From assembly GCF_040938485.1 (NCBI RefSeq), contig NW_027270903.1:2914001-2978000 (forward strand): 64,000 nucleotides of DNA. The letters run 5' to 3'. Source of the stretch: Diadema antillarum. Lineage: Eukaryota. The notes below the pieces were generated by a model. The model did not search any database. It saw only the letters and a program-made list of their open reading frames with translations, and had not been told where the DNA came from. Made by a program: the position numbers and the translations under genes. Of the stretch, positions 1-12,900 are shown piece by piece (position 1 is the first letter of the stretch; each line of letters starts with the position of its first letter).

Positions 1-178
1 TTGAAATGACACCAGGCATTCATCAAGATTAGGTCAGTATTCTGTATTCAATCTGCATACCAAAGTTACTATGCATTGTTTTTTTTTTGCAAGTACATGT
101 ACTATTTAACAATAGTTAAAGTTAGTCAAATACCAGTCGGCGATTGTGTAAATAGGGTCATGTGATAGCAGACCATTC

Positions 179-739
179 TTAAAGGAGACATGCAGATGAT
201 TTTCAGACTTTTACATTTGAACAACTATAAATTACCGGTAGTTATACTGAGTACAGAGTTTCAGAATTTATAGTGATTGGGATGAGGAATTAGAATGTTT
301 TCAAAATTTATAACAAATTGCAATGAACAAGGATGATGACACGGCAGCTTCACCATAAGAATGCATAAGTTGGGGCTCAAGGAAGAACAAAAGAAGAAGG
401 CATGCATAGATTCTGCACTGGTGAACTTGTTGAGCAAGCGGTTTCGTAATGTAATTACACTGCTACATTTCTGAAATATGTGAGGCTCCTATGTCGTCAA
501 CACTGTTCATTGTAAATTGTTTAACCTGTTGAGGACGAGACCTGAATATACTTGGGCTGGTGTCTATGGGAAATGCATATTGTAGCGAAATCAGTCCGTC
601 CTCAACGGGTTAAGACTTTTCAGAGTATTAGTTTCTCTGCTCGAGGACCACAATAAATTCCACAAATCTATGCATGGATGTAGCGATTTCTGCACTACAT
701 GATGTGAAATTATGAAAATCGTCTGGAATGCCCCTTTAA
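179..739. mobile_element. Non-autonomous Kolobok-like DNA transposon (TTAA-flanked), containing a nested MITE
   Basis: TTAA at 179-182 and 736-739. Imperfect TIRs TTAAAGGAGACATGCAGATGATTTTCA vs TGAAAATCGTCTGGAATGCCCCTTTAA. Superfamily inferred from TTAA plus AGG termini. Confidence 0.65.
521..613. mobile_element. 93-bp piggyBac-like MITE nested in the 179-739 element
   Basis: TTAACCTGTTGAGGACG ... CGTCCTCAACGGGTTAA; TTAA on both sides with CC/GG termini. Confidence 0.7.
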
Positions 740-2004
740 TGTTCTTCAATAAGTAGAACATACTAGGGATGTTCCCCCATGGGACAACATTTTGTACAAG
801 CCTATGGCAGACAAATCGTAGTCAATAAACTTAATTGTGTATTCATTACAGCGGTCAAATCTTAGTGTCAAAAACTATTTGACACCCACGGAAAAGTGAT
901 TTATGGCAGCTGTGCATGATAAGATGAGGAAATACAGATTTAGTAAGCACTCCCTGCATGAGGTGGAAAGACACTTAAATTGCATTTGTGTGCTACTGGC
1001 CATGTTGGTGATGTTGCCAAGATACAAGTGTAACTATGACAAAATATTCAGATTGACTGTATTATTTACTCTCAACGTACTTTGACTAGATAAACCAAGC
1101 TACTAGATGAGTTTTGCAGTTTGGAGTAAACAAAATGTTCTAACCCGAGAGTTTAATTTGTTCTTCTTTTTTTTTTCCAGGGAGGCTAGTGGCTCCTTAA
1201 TGTGTTCTTGGGACTTTGAAACCTTTGGCTGGGTCATTCTGAGGATTTTAGACCCTAGCTTGTGAACAGATTTGATATCATTTTTGTTGCTTTCATGAAA
1301 GGTTTGTCACACACAAGTGGAAAATTTGAATTGAAGATGTTGAAACAAATGTTGGTGAAAATTTGAAGAGATGTGACAGATGATGAAGTTTTACTTTCTG
1401 TATGTCAATCATGAAAAGATGATATCCCCTTCAAACCAACACTAATATTCTCTCTTTGTTTTATGATTTGTGGCATCATTTGCATTCTATTCCAGAGATC
1501 TGAAAATGAAATATCAGTGTCACATTTCATGAAAGAAAAATAAAAGATTGTTCAAAATTACACATCTCCTCGTGGACATCTCCATGTTTTTTTTTATTTT
1601 TGCTGTGTAAACTCATGAATAATTTGATTTATACTAAATTTGTTCAAGAAAATTTGGTGTACATTGCTCATTACTTAATGCAACTTAATTCATCATTTTT
1701 ACAACATATATGACGTTTATGTTATTATAATGTCTAAGGGTGTTTGTGTGAGGATGATCTCTATTTCTTTCAGCAGTCCTTGTGAGGAACTGCAAAAACG
1801 TACTCTATATATTTTTGTATCACATATGGACGACATATTTTACAGTACTTGAGTTTCTGTTGAATCTTAATGTTATTTGGTTTAAATCAGAAATGTGAAT
1901 GTGCTTCCTTAATTGAATGTATTTATATTTTTCTTGATTGATAAATTCAGACATTAGGGGAGAGAGGAGGGGCAAATGTTTGTTATTGTGTATACATGAG
2001 AGAT

Positions 2005-2187
2005 TACTGTAAAACCAGAAATTTTTACAAGAGCCAGGATTTGTGAAATGAAAATGCATGCAAAAGTTCTAGTCTACACTATGCATTGAATGCCAGTGGC
2101 AATACGCAAAAAATGCACGCCACGAAAAAGATCATCCGCTCCAATTCGCGAAAATTTCATGCCGCAAATATTTCTGGATTTACAGTA
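2005..2187. mobile_element. TACTGTA...TACAGTA MITE (TA target, Tc1/mariner-like), family A copy
   Basis: Termini TACTGTAAAACC / GGATTTACAGTA. Body similar to copies at 42775-42998 and 48853-49063. Confidence 0.7.
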
Positions 2188-4212
2188 TACCACATGCCAC
2201 CACTGGTGCTAAATAGCAGTGCTTGAAGTCTCTGTCTTTGCTGCTACTAATGAGTATTGTGAGTGAAGGTGAAATTTGCTATCAAAAAATCTTAAGGCTC
2301 TGTCTAGTAGGACAATATTAACATTGATTTGATTTCACTGAGTGTCAACACTTAGCTACTGATAAGTATTTGCATGATGTGCATATTTTTTGTGTTGGTA
2401 TCACAGAGTGCAAAATATATGGGAAGTTTCCCCTGTGAAGTATCCCTTTAAAGTGTACTCCCATGTTCAAACGTTGAGATGAGGGAGTGTTGTCTTATCA
2501 TATTTGCTCAGCAATCACTGGCATTGTAATCCATTGTAATGTGGTCAAAAAATGATGTGCTATAGATATCTATTGTGCTTTCTGTGTGGAAATATCTTTC
2601 GCTACAATACACGTGTACAAATGCAGGAGCCGTGGATGCTCATTGTGTAGGTACATGTAAGTCTTGACATAGTGAAAACAGACATAGCTCCTAGTACAAC
2701 CACAACAATTGATATAGTCGCATTAAGTAGAAATGTATGAACAAAACCTGTTACCTCCTTGGATTTCAACAGCTATACATTTTGGTAAACTCAATGACAA
2801 TGTACGAGAGATTTTGCTCATGCCACAAGTATTGATTTTCATGAGCATGCATACACTCCAAGCTCGACATACCATTTAGTAAATCATGGGTCTTTCATAT
2901 TTTCCATGTTCATATTTTTCCTTCGTAACCAAGCATGGATGTGCTTGATCATACAGCATTAAGTAATTTGTACCTTTAAGGCATTTGTCTAAATGTTGAT
3001 TACAAGTGTTAAAGGGGATGGCTAGTACCTGATCAGTGGGAACCACTGGTCAGGTATAAGCCATCACCTTTAATGCTACCTTGCTGTGTGTGTGCAAATT
3101 ACCATATGACCATAAGATTTTAGAATGGGAAAACACGCTAAATTACAGCATTCTAGACTAATCAGTTTTTGCAATAGGCTGAACTGAAGTGACATTTTTC
3201 AAAGAGTTAATGTTCTTTGTTTTTTTACTTTGTGTCCTCCTGACAAATGTGATCTTTTATACAGTATAAGATTGAATGGTGTTTTTCATGGCAGCATGAC
3301 TTGAACGTCAGTTCCCATTGACAACTGTTACAATTCATCCATCCATTGGGCTTTTTGATACCTGCACACACCAAATGTGCTATTCTTGATGTGATTGTGG
3401 AGTTTTGGGTGTATGGCTTCTAAAGTTAGTTCATTTCCTTTCCCCTCATACTCACTGTTTATGGAATCGTGATCCCATCGTTGTTCTTTTCTAATTTAGC
3501 AACAAACACAATTATGAGCATGTCACACTGTACAAAGTTAAATAATCATTCAGGTGTGATCATTTTCTAGAACTTGAACAAACATTCCGAATTGATTGTG
3601 TGTTGGGGCCTGGTAGTGAGAGTGATCCACATATATAAATAATAGAAATGTTCTGTTCTTTACCATACTTTCATGTCGGTTTATTATACATTTGCTTGTA
3701 CATGTATCCTCTAGACTGTAACCCCATGTATTGTATGAAACATGTTTTAACTTCATATTGCCACCATCTTGTCTCTCCCTCTCTGCTACAGCTCAGCTTG
3801 TAAAAGTACAGTATCGACATAAAGAATTCTCTCTTGTAGGCAGAAACATACAAAACACAAAACACTGCATTTTACAAATACAAAGTGTAATATTAAATGG
3901 GACAGTCAAATACCGGTTAGTGACTGGCTAAACAGAGTCGAGTGATGGAGGTACATTCGTTATGTTCTTCCATGGGCGAACATTCTTGGTAATGTTCTCC
4001 CATGGGAAAACATTTCCACGTAACAAATGACAGAAGGCCTAGGACCGCGCGCTCACAGTGAATTTGGCTCTGCGCGAGCGAGCTATGTACTGCGTAGTGC
4101 TAGCTGCACATGCATGCAATGCTGGTACATGGCGGCCATGGCTGCAAAGTTCGTACACTGAATCTCTACGATCGTTGGTGGTTGACGTTGACGTATTTGA
4201 CTAACCCATATA

Positions 4213-4406
4213 ATATAACAGATGATGACTTTTGTTGTCGGGAACATGTACCAAACGTTCCACCCTCGGGGTTTGAAATGCTATTTCGGGAGGCTATAAG
4301 TCCCTCGACTTCGTCTCGGGACTTGTAACCTCCCTCAATAGCATTTCAAACCCTTCGGGTGGAATATTCGGTATGTTCCCTTCCCCGCCAGTCATCATCT
4401 ATATAT
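4213..4406. repeat. ~190-bp imperfect palindrome (hairpin MITE-like)
   Basis: AGATGATGACT..GGGAACAT..GGGTTTGAAATGCTATT..GGGAGG..AAGTCCC pairs with GGGACTT..CCTCCC..AATAGCATTTCAAACCC..ATGTTCCC..AGTCATCATCT. Confidence 0.75.
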
Positions 4407-5560
4407 TGTCTCTCTCTTACTGTTAGTTGTATATTGGAATTTCAACCAAGTTTGAGCCAAGATGTTTGGCTGTAGAGTAGTGTGTGTCAATACCCCCAGA
4501 AATCACATTTAGATGCTACAGTAAGAAATGAAAGAACATCTTGAACTTTCCGGTATTTGCATTTCCCAGTCATCTAAGGATAAATGAGTGTACTGTGTTG
4601 TGTCTTTTCACTACCTTGATGAAATTCATGGTACAACATGTATGAAGCATGTACATGTACACATAGTAAACGACATGTTTGTGTGGGTCATAGGCCTATT
4701 CTTTATCATGGGGCTTCTGTATTCAAAAGCCATACACTGCATGTTTGATATTATTGTGAGAAGTCATACAAGAATAGATGTCACTACCTGAGGAGGAACT
4801 GCCCAGCTCAATAAAGCTTCTTTGTTACCCACAGTACAGTTTGCTGTTTTTATCTGTTGATCATTAGTGCAGAACGGTCAGCTTTGTACATGTATTATAC
4901 ATGTATTCTCTACAGAATGCTCCTTAATAAATTGACAAAATCGAATAAAAAAGAAATAAGGAATATTCTTAAGTTGAAGCTATTTCTTTTTTCTAGTTCA
5001 AATAGATTTGACATAGGCAAGGTTGACTGTGCATTTTGAGGAAGAGAGGTTTGCAGTAATGCTACATGTATGTGGTCCTTGACAGGACTGGCGGAAGAAG
5101 ATCGCAGAAAGAGGAGAGTGGAGGGAAGCGACCAAGGAAGAGATCTTAGTGACAGTTGAGGGGCAGTCTAGTGGAGACGGGAGAATAGGACACGTGGAGA
5201 GTTGAGTACATGTAGAATGGAAGAACAAAGTGAGAATTGTGTTTGAAAGGGTTCAGTGGCCATTGGGAGGAGAAAGATATACGGAAAGGAGATGAAAAAG
5301 TTGGAAAATTGTTGCCAAGATGTCTTCCTTAAACTCTTCCTGGTCACTTCCCTCCTCCACTCTCCTTTTTCTAGGGTCTTCTTTCGCCAGTCCTTTCAAA
5401 ATTTTCAGGAGAGTTATCTTACAATACCTCTAACATAATTACAGTCATGGGCATGGTTTTCGAGATGATTTGAGACGACCTGATGTACTTACCACTTGGT
5501 ATCTTTTCCCTTTAAGGACCATATGTAGCATTACTGCAAACCTCTCTTCCTCAAAATGCA

Positions 5561-5738
5561 CAGTCAACCTTGCCTATGTCAAATCTATTTCGACTAAAGA
5601 AATGGATCTTCAACTTAAGAGAAAATTTTGACTTGTGAGGGATTGAAATCAATAGAATTTAAAGCGAAGAGGACTTGACAAGGCCTTCAACTTCGGCGAT
5701 TGACTTATGTGAGGTTGACTTAAACAAGGTCGACTGTA
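5561..5738. mobile_element. CAGTCAACC MITE (Tc1/pogo-like), family B copy
   Basis: Termini CAGTCAACCTTG / CAAGGTCGACTGTA. Related copies at 24290-24470 and 39533-39703. Confidence 0.7.
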
Positions 5739-6954
5739 TACTGTTTTGTACACTGAATGTATGTTTCACATGGTAGTCAGTTTAATGTCTCCCCTCTCTC
5801 TCTCTCTCTGCAGATTCAGTGCACACATACCACAGAGCTAAACAAAACACAATCTACTATTCCAGCAGGCATACAGATTGATTGTGGTATTTTAATGTTA
5901 AACTTGATTCAAATTCATACAGGTTACACATTCAACTACATATCAATTAGCAGGTTTTACTTTTTTTTACTTTTCATTTTTCACTTACAGCAACTGACTT
6001 AAGATTGTACAAGCATTTAAGTAGACCACATGGGTCGAAACCTTTGCCAACAGGCTACCTACGAGCACTTTTGGAAATAAAACAATTCCTTTAAAATTGC
6101 TTTCTGTTTGACAGTTTAGGCACGATACAGTGCATATCAATAGTAAGACATAAATCTCTCCCTGAAACATACAAATAAATCAACGAGACATGATTGGTGG
6201 ACATGAAGAGATTTACCAACTTCAGCGTATTCACATCTAAGATGTGCACGGCATTGAGAAACACAAGAAAAGAGAAATGTTTTGTAAATAGACTAGAGAC
6301 ACCTAACATTCCAAGATGTATGGACAATCTGCAATCTGAACTTTTTTTCCTAGATGACATACTTTGGGATCATAAGATACTTTGCCATTACAGACGTTGT
6401 TGCATGTATATTTGCTTTCTACCCATTTGTAGACAACTTTATATGGTACACTTAATTTTGCTAACGAGCATATGATCGGTGAACCATCATCCATGCACTG
6501 AGAGACTGAGAGATTTTGCTTCATGCGCATCACTGTGCCATGAGATGTGTTAAAGCAGATGGGCACACATCATCAATGCCTTCTTGCAAAGTGACTTTCG
6601 TCTGCCACTGTACATGTACACCTAGAGCATGAAATATTCACAACTCTTCAAAGTATCTACTGCCATAAATTTACCACAAAAATACATATAAATGTGCATG
6701 TGTGTGTGTGTGTCTTATATTTGTCATATGCAGTGATACATTGTACACATGGATGAACAGAATCACAATGGCACACCAAGTCTTATGTCCCACGTTTTGA
6801 GATTGTATCAAGTCTTGGGTTTTGTGCGGTGTATAAAGGATTACAAACAAAATACCCAATTCCTATGTTTTTCACTGAGTGTTACCGGGTTCCAGTGTAG
6901 GGCAATGTTGATATGGAATCTTTCTGAGATTGAGGCTCTCTAGAGAGGCCAGCT

Positions 6955-9900
6955 CTATTCGTATATACTGCCGTGAGTAGGGAGCGTCCAGTCCAAGACC
7001 TCCTCCGGCTTGAACCACAAAGCGATCTCCTTCTTGGCTGTTTCGACACTGTCTGAGCCGTGGCAGATGTTACGGCCCAGATCGATGGAATAATCCCCAC
7101 GGATGGAGCCTGGTTTAGACTTGAGCTGTGCAAATAACAAAAAAGTGATCACCAAATGTAACAAGAGATGCTCATGAAAACTGTAAGTACCAACTCCAAT
7201 TTGCTTCCTGTAATTCAGAATTCATTTCAAGTTCAGGTGAGCCACATTTTTTTTTAAAATAATATCCCATTAAAACAGATCCATAGGTTACTTCATGAAT
7301 ACAGTGTACACACATGTAAGACCACAGATGTTTCTACCACACTAAGCCCCACATGTGGGTGTGAAACTTGTCTTTTTAGCATGCCTCCATCATATGTAAA
7401 GAATTCAGACAGTGTTTAATATGGTTGTAGAAATTTTGTAAGCATGAGTATTATTTTGTAAACTCACATTTACACCAACTTTAATCTTTTTGTCATTGAA
7501 TATTCAGTGTATTTGTAGTCACTAAGTGCCTTTCTATGTATTCCACAATGGAGGGGAAGCATCTGCGCACCATAGCCAAAGAATAAGTCACCTTCTCCTA
7601 CACACATATGACCTATGCAGATAAATTGATAGATTGTATGCTATACAATACACTTGATTTGTCAACTACAGTCCTGACCCCTGGGTACCTGGGATTAACC
7701 GGGACTTGCATCCAAGTTGTTGGGGATTTTAGCAAGTTTTTTTTTCGAATTTTTCTTCAAAATGGTGAAATGTACTGTACGCATGCACATCCCATTCATG
7801 TCCAGACTCCAGAGTTGAAAATTTTGCATCTTGTAAAATTTACTAATTATAGCACCCGACTTGCGAAATTTGCAAAAAATAACAACCTCAAAAAATATAT
7901 AGCGTTACTGTATAAAATACAATTGTACTTTCCTTTCTATTCTTGAAGGAAGATAGGCATGAAAGACATAATTTTGAGCATTTTTTGCCCAAATGTGGGT
8001 TAAAGTGAAAGAGTCTAGAATGAGATGTATGGTTGACATGACTTAATAGTTGATGGCACAATTTTTAGACACCTCTTCAGATTATACATGTTATGTATAC
8101 AATGCAATACGAGATATTCCAGATGTATAGTAAAATACAGCCATGTAGGTATCCTCTGCCAACAAATAGAAAAAAAAAGAGTGGGGACAAGGTTGACCAT
8201 AAATGTTACTTGTACCATTAGTTCAGCATTTACAGACTCCTATTAACTGTTTATTATTAATTCATAGTTGTTGTTGTTGTTTCCTGGGAGGTATGAGAAA
8301 ATGATTGCTGGACGGGTAAGCATGCATGAAACGGGCCATGGGGTGGGGGTGGGGGGAGACTTTGTAGGAACAAATGTTTGTCATATTATACCCCTCACAC
8401 GTTTACCTTGAACTCTTGATAAGATTAACACAGGACATAAGGGAGACACAAGACTGGACTCCAAGCATAGCTAAAATAGTGGATGGCTTGATGCTATTAT
8501 AATTTGTAGCAAAAATGAGCTGTTTACACACCACCAGGGAACATGTCCTGTCAAGGGATAAAATCAGAGGTGTATCCAGCAGGGCAATATAAACTCCAAA
8601 CTAAAAGGCAGCAAGCAGGTGCCTGCCAAAACACTCACCGGATCAGTCTCGCCAAGCATTGCACGTCCCTGCTTCACGACATCCTTTCCTTCCCACACCT
8701 AGAAGGTACAAAAGAATGTCAATAACAACATGTTACTTGTTTACGTTCAATGAAACACACACGTCATCGTGCCGAAAATCTGCTACTGATTTAACCCTGA
8801 CAAGGCAAGTGCCAAATTGTGTCTTGCCCATTTGCGTAGAAGAAATTAATGTTTTTCTAACTCCCAGATTTTCATTGACCCGCCTATGACCTTCAACCTT
8901 GTGGTGACCTCCAACTCCCTAAGGGACTTTTACCATCCAAGCAAACGGAAAAAGGGATTAAAAGTTATGAACCATAATCGAAATGCGCCATAAAAACTTA
9001 ACATTGGGCCCTACGAGTTAATTGATAGTCTTTCAAACTACAAAAAAAAATAAATAAATAAATAACAAATTAAATAATGAAATACTGAACAGGTTTTATT
9101 AAAGGAAATCAAAACCCAAAGAGCAATGTGAATTGAGTGTAAGCAGCAGTATTAGTAAGACACATCAGTGAGTGTTTCGAAAATCGAACTATCAATGCAA
9201 AATTTATTAATCTTTACGGTTTTGGTATTGTAATGACGGAATAGCATGACTCATAAGGAGACTATTAAGAGTTCAAGAGAATTCCACACAAATTCATTTT
9301 TTCATGAAAATTACACTCCATCAATTTGATTCTTTGTACTGACATTTGTTAAGGGTAGTACTAGTGAAGTGAAGTTGAGTAGTAGTGAAGTGGTCTTTCA
9401 TTACGCTAAGAAAGTGAAATCATGTTGAATTTTTTTTTTCTTTATATTGTTGTCCACACATGTAATAAACTCATGTAGTCTTCTTATCCAGTGGTTCCAA
9501 CACCAAAACTTTTAAAATTCATAAGTTTTGCATCGATTGTCAAATTTTTCTCAAACTTTCCCTGATGTGCTCATTGAAGTACTAATGTTGCTGCTTTCAC
9601 TTGATCCAAATTTCTCTTTGGGTTTTGTTTCCTTCAAAATCCTGGGGAATACAATAGACGAAGATAATAAAAGAAAAAAAATGAAAGCAAGACAATATGA
9701 CTACTTTCTTTCTGGTGATTGAGTTTGGCTTACCATGGCAAAGACTGGTCCACTGGAGATGAACTTGATAAGACCAGGGAAGAATGGCTTTTCCTTCAGA
9801 TCTCCATAGTGTTGGTTCAAGAGAGTCTCCTCTGCCTGTTATAAGTGGAACATGGAAAATTTTCATTTTTTTTGTCTCTTTTTTTTTTTGGGGGGGGGGG

Positions 9901-12900
9901 GGGGAGGGTGGGTGGTTAGGGAAGGCTGGAAAGTTGTTGCTTTATCATTTACCAAGGATTACCACAGATCTTTGTTTTGTCTTGTTTTTTAATCAGAGAA
10001 CTTGAGTAGGCATTAAATGACATTATCTCAGCAGATTTGCATAAATGGTCTATATCTATAGATCTATGAAAAAGTGTGCGTTCAAGCGCTCAAAGGTGAA
10101 CCAAAGTGAACCGAACCAAATCCAACCGTACCATACTGTGCTACAATGTGTTTAAGCACTCTGTTGAGAAAGCATACATCAGCAGTCATGAGCTATTAGT
10201 TACAGGGGGTCACACATTTTGTAGCAAGGGGGTCACCGGTCATTAGACAAAAAAACCTGTCTATCCAGAGGAGTCTTTCATCATTTCTTTTTTTAAAACT
10301 TTTCTGGCCCTTGAAGCCACAGGTAGGAGGGGATTCTATGAATCGGCGTAGTCTCTGCGGAACAAATCTCAACGACCGGGAAGAGTAAAATAGCTCGTTT
10401 GCAGCAGGCTTTGTACAGAGTGATTATTTGTGGCAAGGGCCATTTTATTCATTGATGAAAAGGCCCAATCAGGTGTCACTGCCCATAACACTTGCGAGTA
10501 ACTCCTGCTTGTGTTCTAAAGTGGGACTACGAAGTAAGCACACATGATGTTCATTTAATAGCTGTTTTATTATTAATAAAAGTGTCCCTGCCAGAAATAA
10601 ATTTAAATTTACATGTAGGCACCCTGCCACATATTGGGTAGAAACTATTTTACTCTTGAGTCCTACAGACCGATCTTTCATAAGTTTCATTCAACTGCCT
10701 TCCCAGCTTTCAGAAGTAGCTCGTACTAGCTGCCTGCCGGAATTTGGTTCCTGGTGTATGAATTTGTATGATGTAAATGTATCCTGTACCAGGCTGTAGT
10801 GTAAACTCACTTGAACTGACCAGCCTTAAATTACTTTTACTTGCACCTCTGAGTTTCACATACTTTTTGATATTATTCTATTAATATATTATTAGCATAT
10901 TGTTACCCAAACGTAACTCTCGTATATCTCGGCTGGTAGAATTGATCAGTATCACAATCCAGTTGTTAGTAGGCTCTAATGTTACGTGTTAGAGCAGAGA
11001 GGCCGGGCCTACCTGCCCTGCACACATACCCCACCCCACAGCTGATCTTTCACAATGAATGTTCTGGCAGATGATGTTGCTCTTGTTGCAACGTCAGCAA
11101 ATGAGCTGAACAGCATGCTCCCGATAGTGTATGAATACTCCACTAAGTGGAGATACACTATCAATGCTGCCAAGAGTGCCGTCACCGTCACTGGTCCAGG
11201 TCCTCAGATAACACACCTGTGGCGGCTTGGATCAGATAGCATACCACAGGTAGACAAACACCCCCACCTTGGTATTATCTGTTCTACTTAGTAACCATGA
11301 CCCAAGTCCGAAGATGATCTCCAAGGCCAACAAGACTCTGTATGCACTTACAGGACTAGGCACCTTCCGCATGGGACTCACACCAACTGTCGTAGCATCC
11401 CTGTGGGAGCGCTTCTGCCTACCGCGTATGACCTACGGATCTGAGGTAACGTACCTCACAAAGGCAGCTATGAATCGCCTAGACAAGGCCCAGGAGACCT
11501 TGTTCAAAACCCTGCTAGGACTTCCTCGATCTGCAGCCAACGAATCTGTGCACATATTGACCAGGCTTCCCAATGTTTCAGACAAGATAGCCATACTCCG
11601 GCTCAGGCTGCTCGGGAAGCTGATTACACTAACACCCAACAGGGTCGAGTACCGTCTGTTTCAGCACATGCTGTGCCATCACCCAGGCTCCAAAACAACC
11701 AAAGCCTTCAAGACCCTTCTTCAGCAGTACAATCTTCCACCCTTAGAAGATGTCATGAACATGCCCACCACTTTCCATCAGTGGAAGAGGATCACTAGTG
11801 CAGCAGTCATGGGTCACAGAGAAGACAAATCCAAAGAGGCAATGGCCACCAAGTCCACACTTTACCCTCTCAGTTCCTTGGACCCCTCTCAGGTTACTAG
11901 AACTTACTACCAGGTACCCTCCTCCCCGCCAGACTCGACTCGCATTCGCTTCGACAGGCAGTACCAGTTAAGTGTCAGCTGCTTTGTGGAGTCTATCCCA
12001 CTAAGTAGTAAGTAACATCCATCTAACTTTGGTTGGGAAGCTACAGAATACTAACATTAGATGCCCCTGTCAGATGCCCAAAGATGAGACCATCACACAT
12101 CTCCTTGGGGAATGCGTGTTGTACACTGGAGAGGGAGATATAACTCGCACACCTACCACTCTAGAGAGATTACGGAAATTGCTCTCCCGGACACCCCAAG
12201 ATAAGCAAGCCACACTCACAGCTGCCAGCCTGAGTCATACTCACCGGAACAAGTGACCCCAATATTTCCCGGGAAGAATCTTCAATTCTCCACATCAACT
12301 TCCTTCGCTTCCTGGCTGTATTGCATGTGATCCGCTCATTGCTCATGACTATGACATTATAACCTCTTCATACCTGCTGCTTGATCCGTTGCTTTCATCT
12401 TGTCTTCCTCATCTCTCCTGCTCTATTTAATTATTGTGTTGATTCTTGTCTCTTGTCTCCGGCTTGACCTAGTGTCTACATGTATGTCATGATCTGATGA
12501 CCACATTAGTAGGAGTATTAGTACAATGTAGGCTAACCCCGGGACGCTCCGTATACACAGTTACACACTGTAGGAGCGTCCTGAGTCAATAGAGTGCTAT
12601 ATCGGTAAGCTTGAAAAACATACACAGTCTGTCACAGATTTTCGCACCTCCATAAGTTTCGAATATCACGAGGAAAAAACGTACTTTTACAGTATACATA
12701 AGATTCTTATCTAATTAATACCCTTCGTTCACCTTGTTCTTGTTCACACTGGTCCAATGATCTTGAAAAAACGTTTTTTTTCACGGCCATATACGGGTCC
12801 GTAGTCCTAGCTCCCCATCCCATTCACCATTTTCGAAATCAGTATGCAGTACACTGCGCACGTAAATATTCATGTGCTGGCGGAGTCGCAATGCGTTTAG

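Noticed and set aside
340-470. Purine-rich exon-like stretch plus the acceptor at 1180
   Set aside because: Lies inside the 179-739 transposon; no coherent or recognisable spliced protein.
6190-6360. Possible Penelope GIY-YIG C-terminal remnant (HGIEK..KREMF..NRLET)
   Set aside because: Resemblance needs several frame changes and is too short to support without a profile search.
10179-10284. Minus-strand box C (ATGATGA) ... box D (CTGA) intronic snoRNA candidate
   Set aside because: Overlaps a Harbinger-like MITE fragment, has no terminal stem, and I recognised no rRNA guide.
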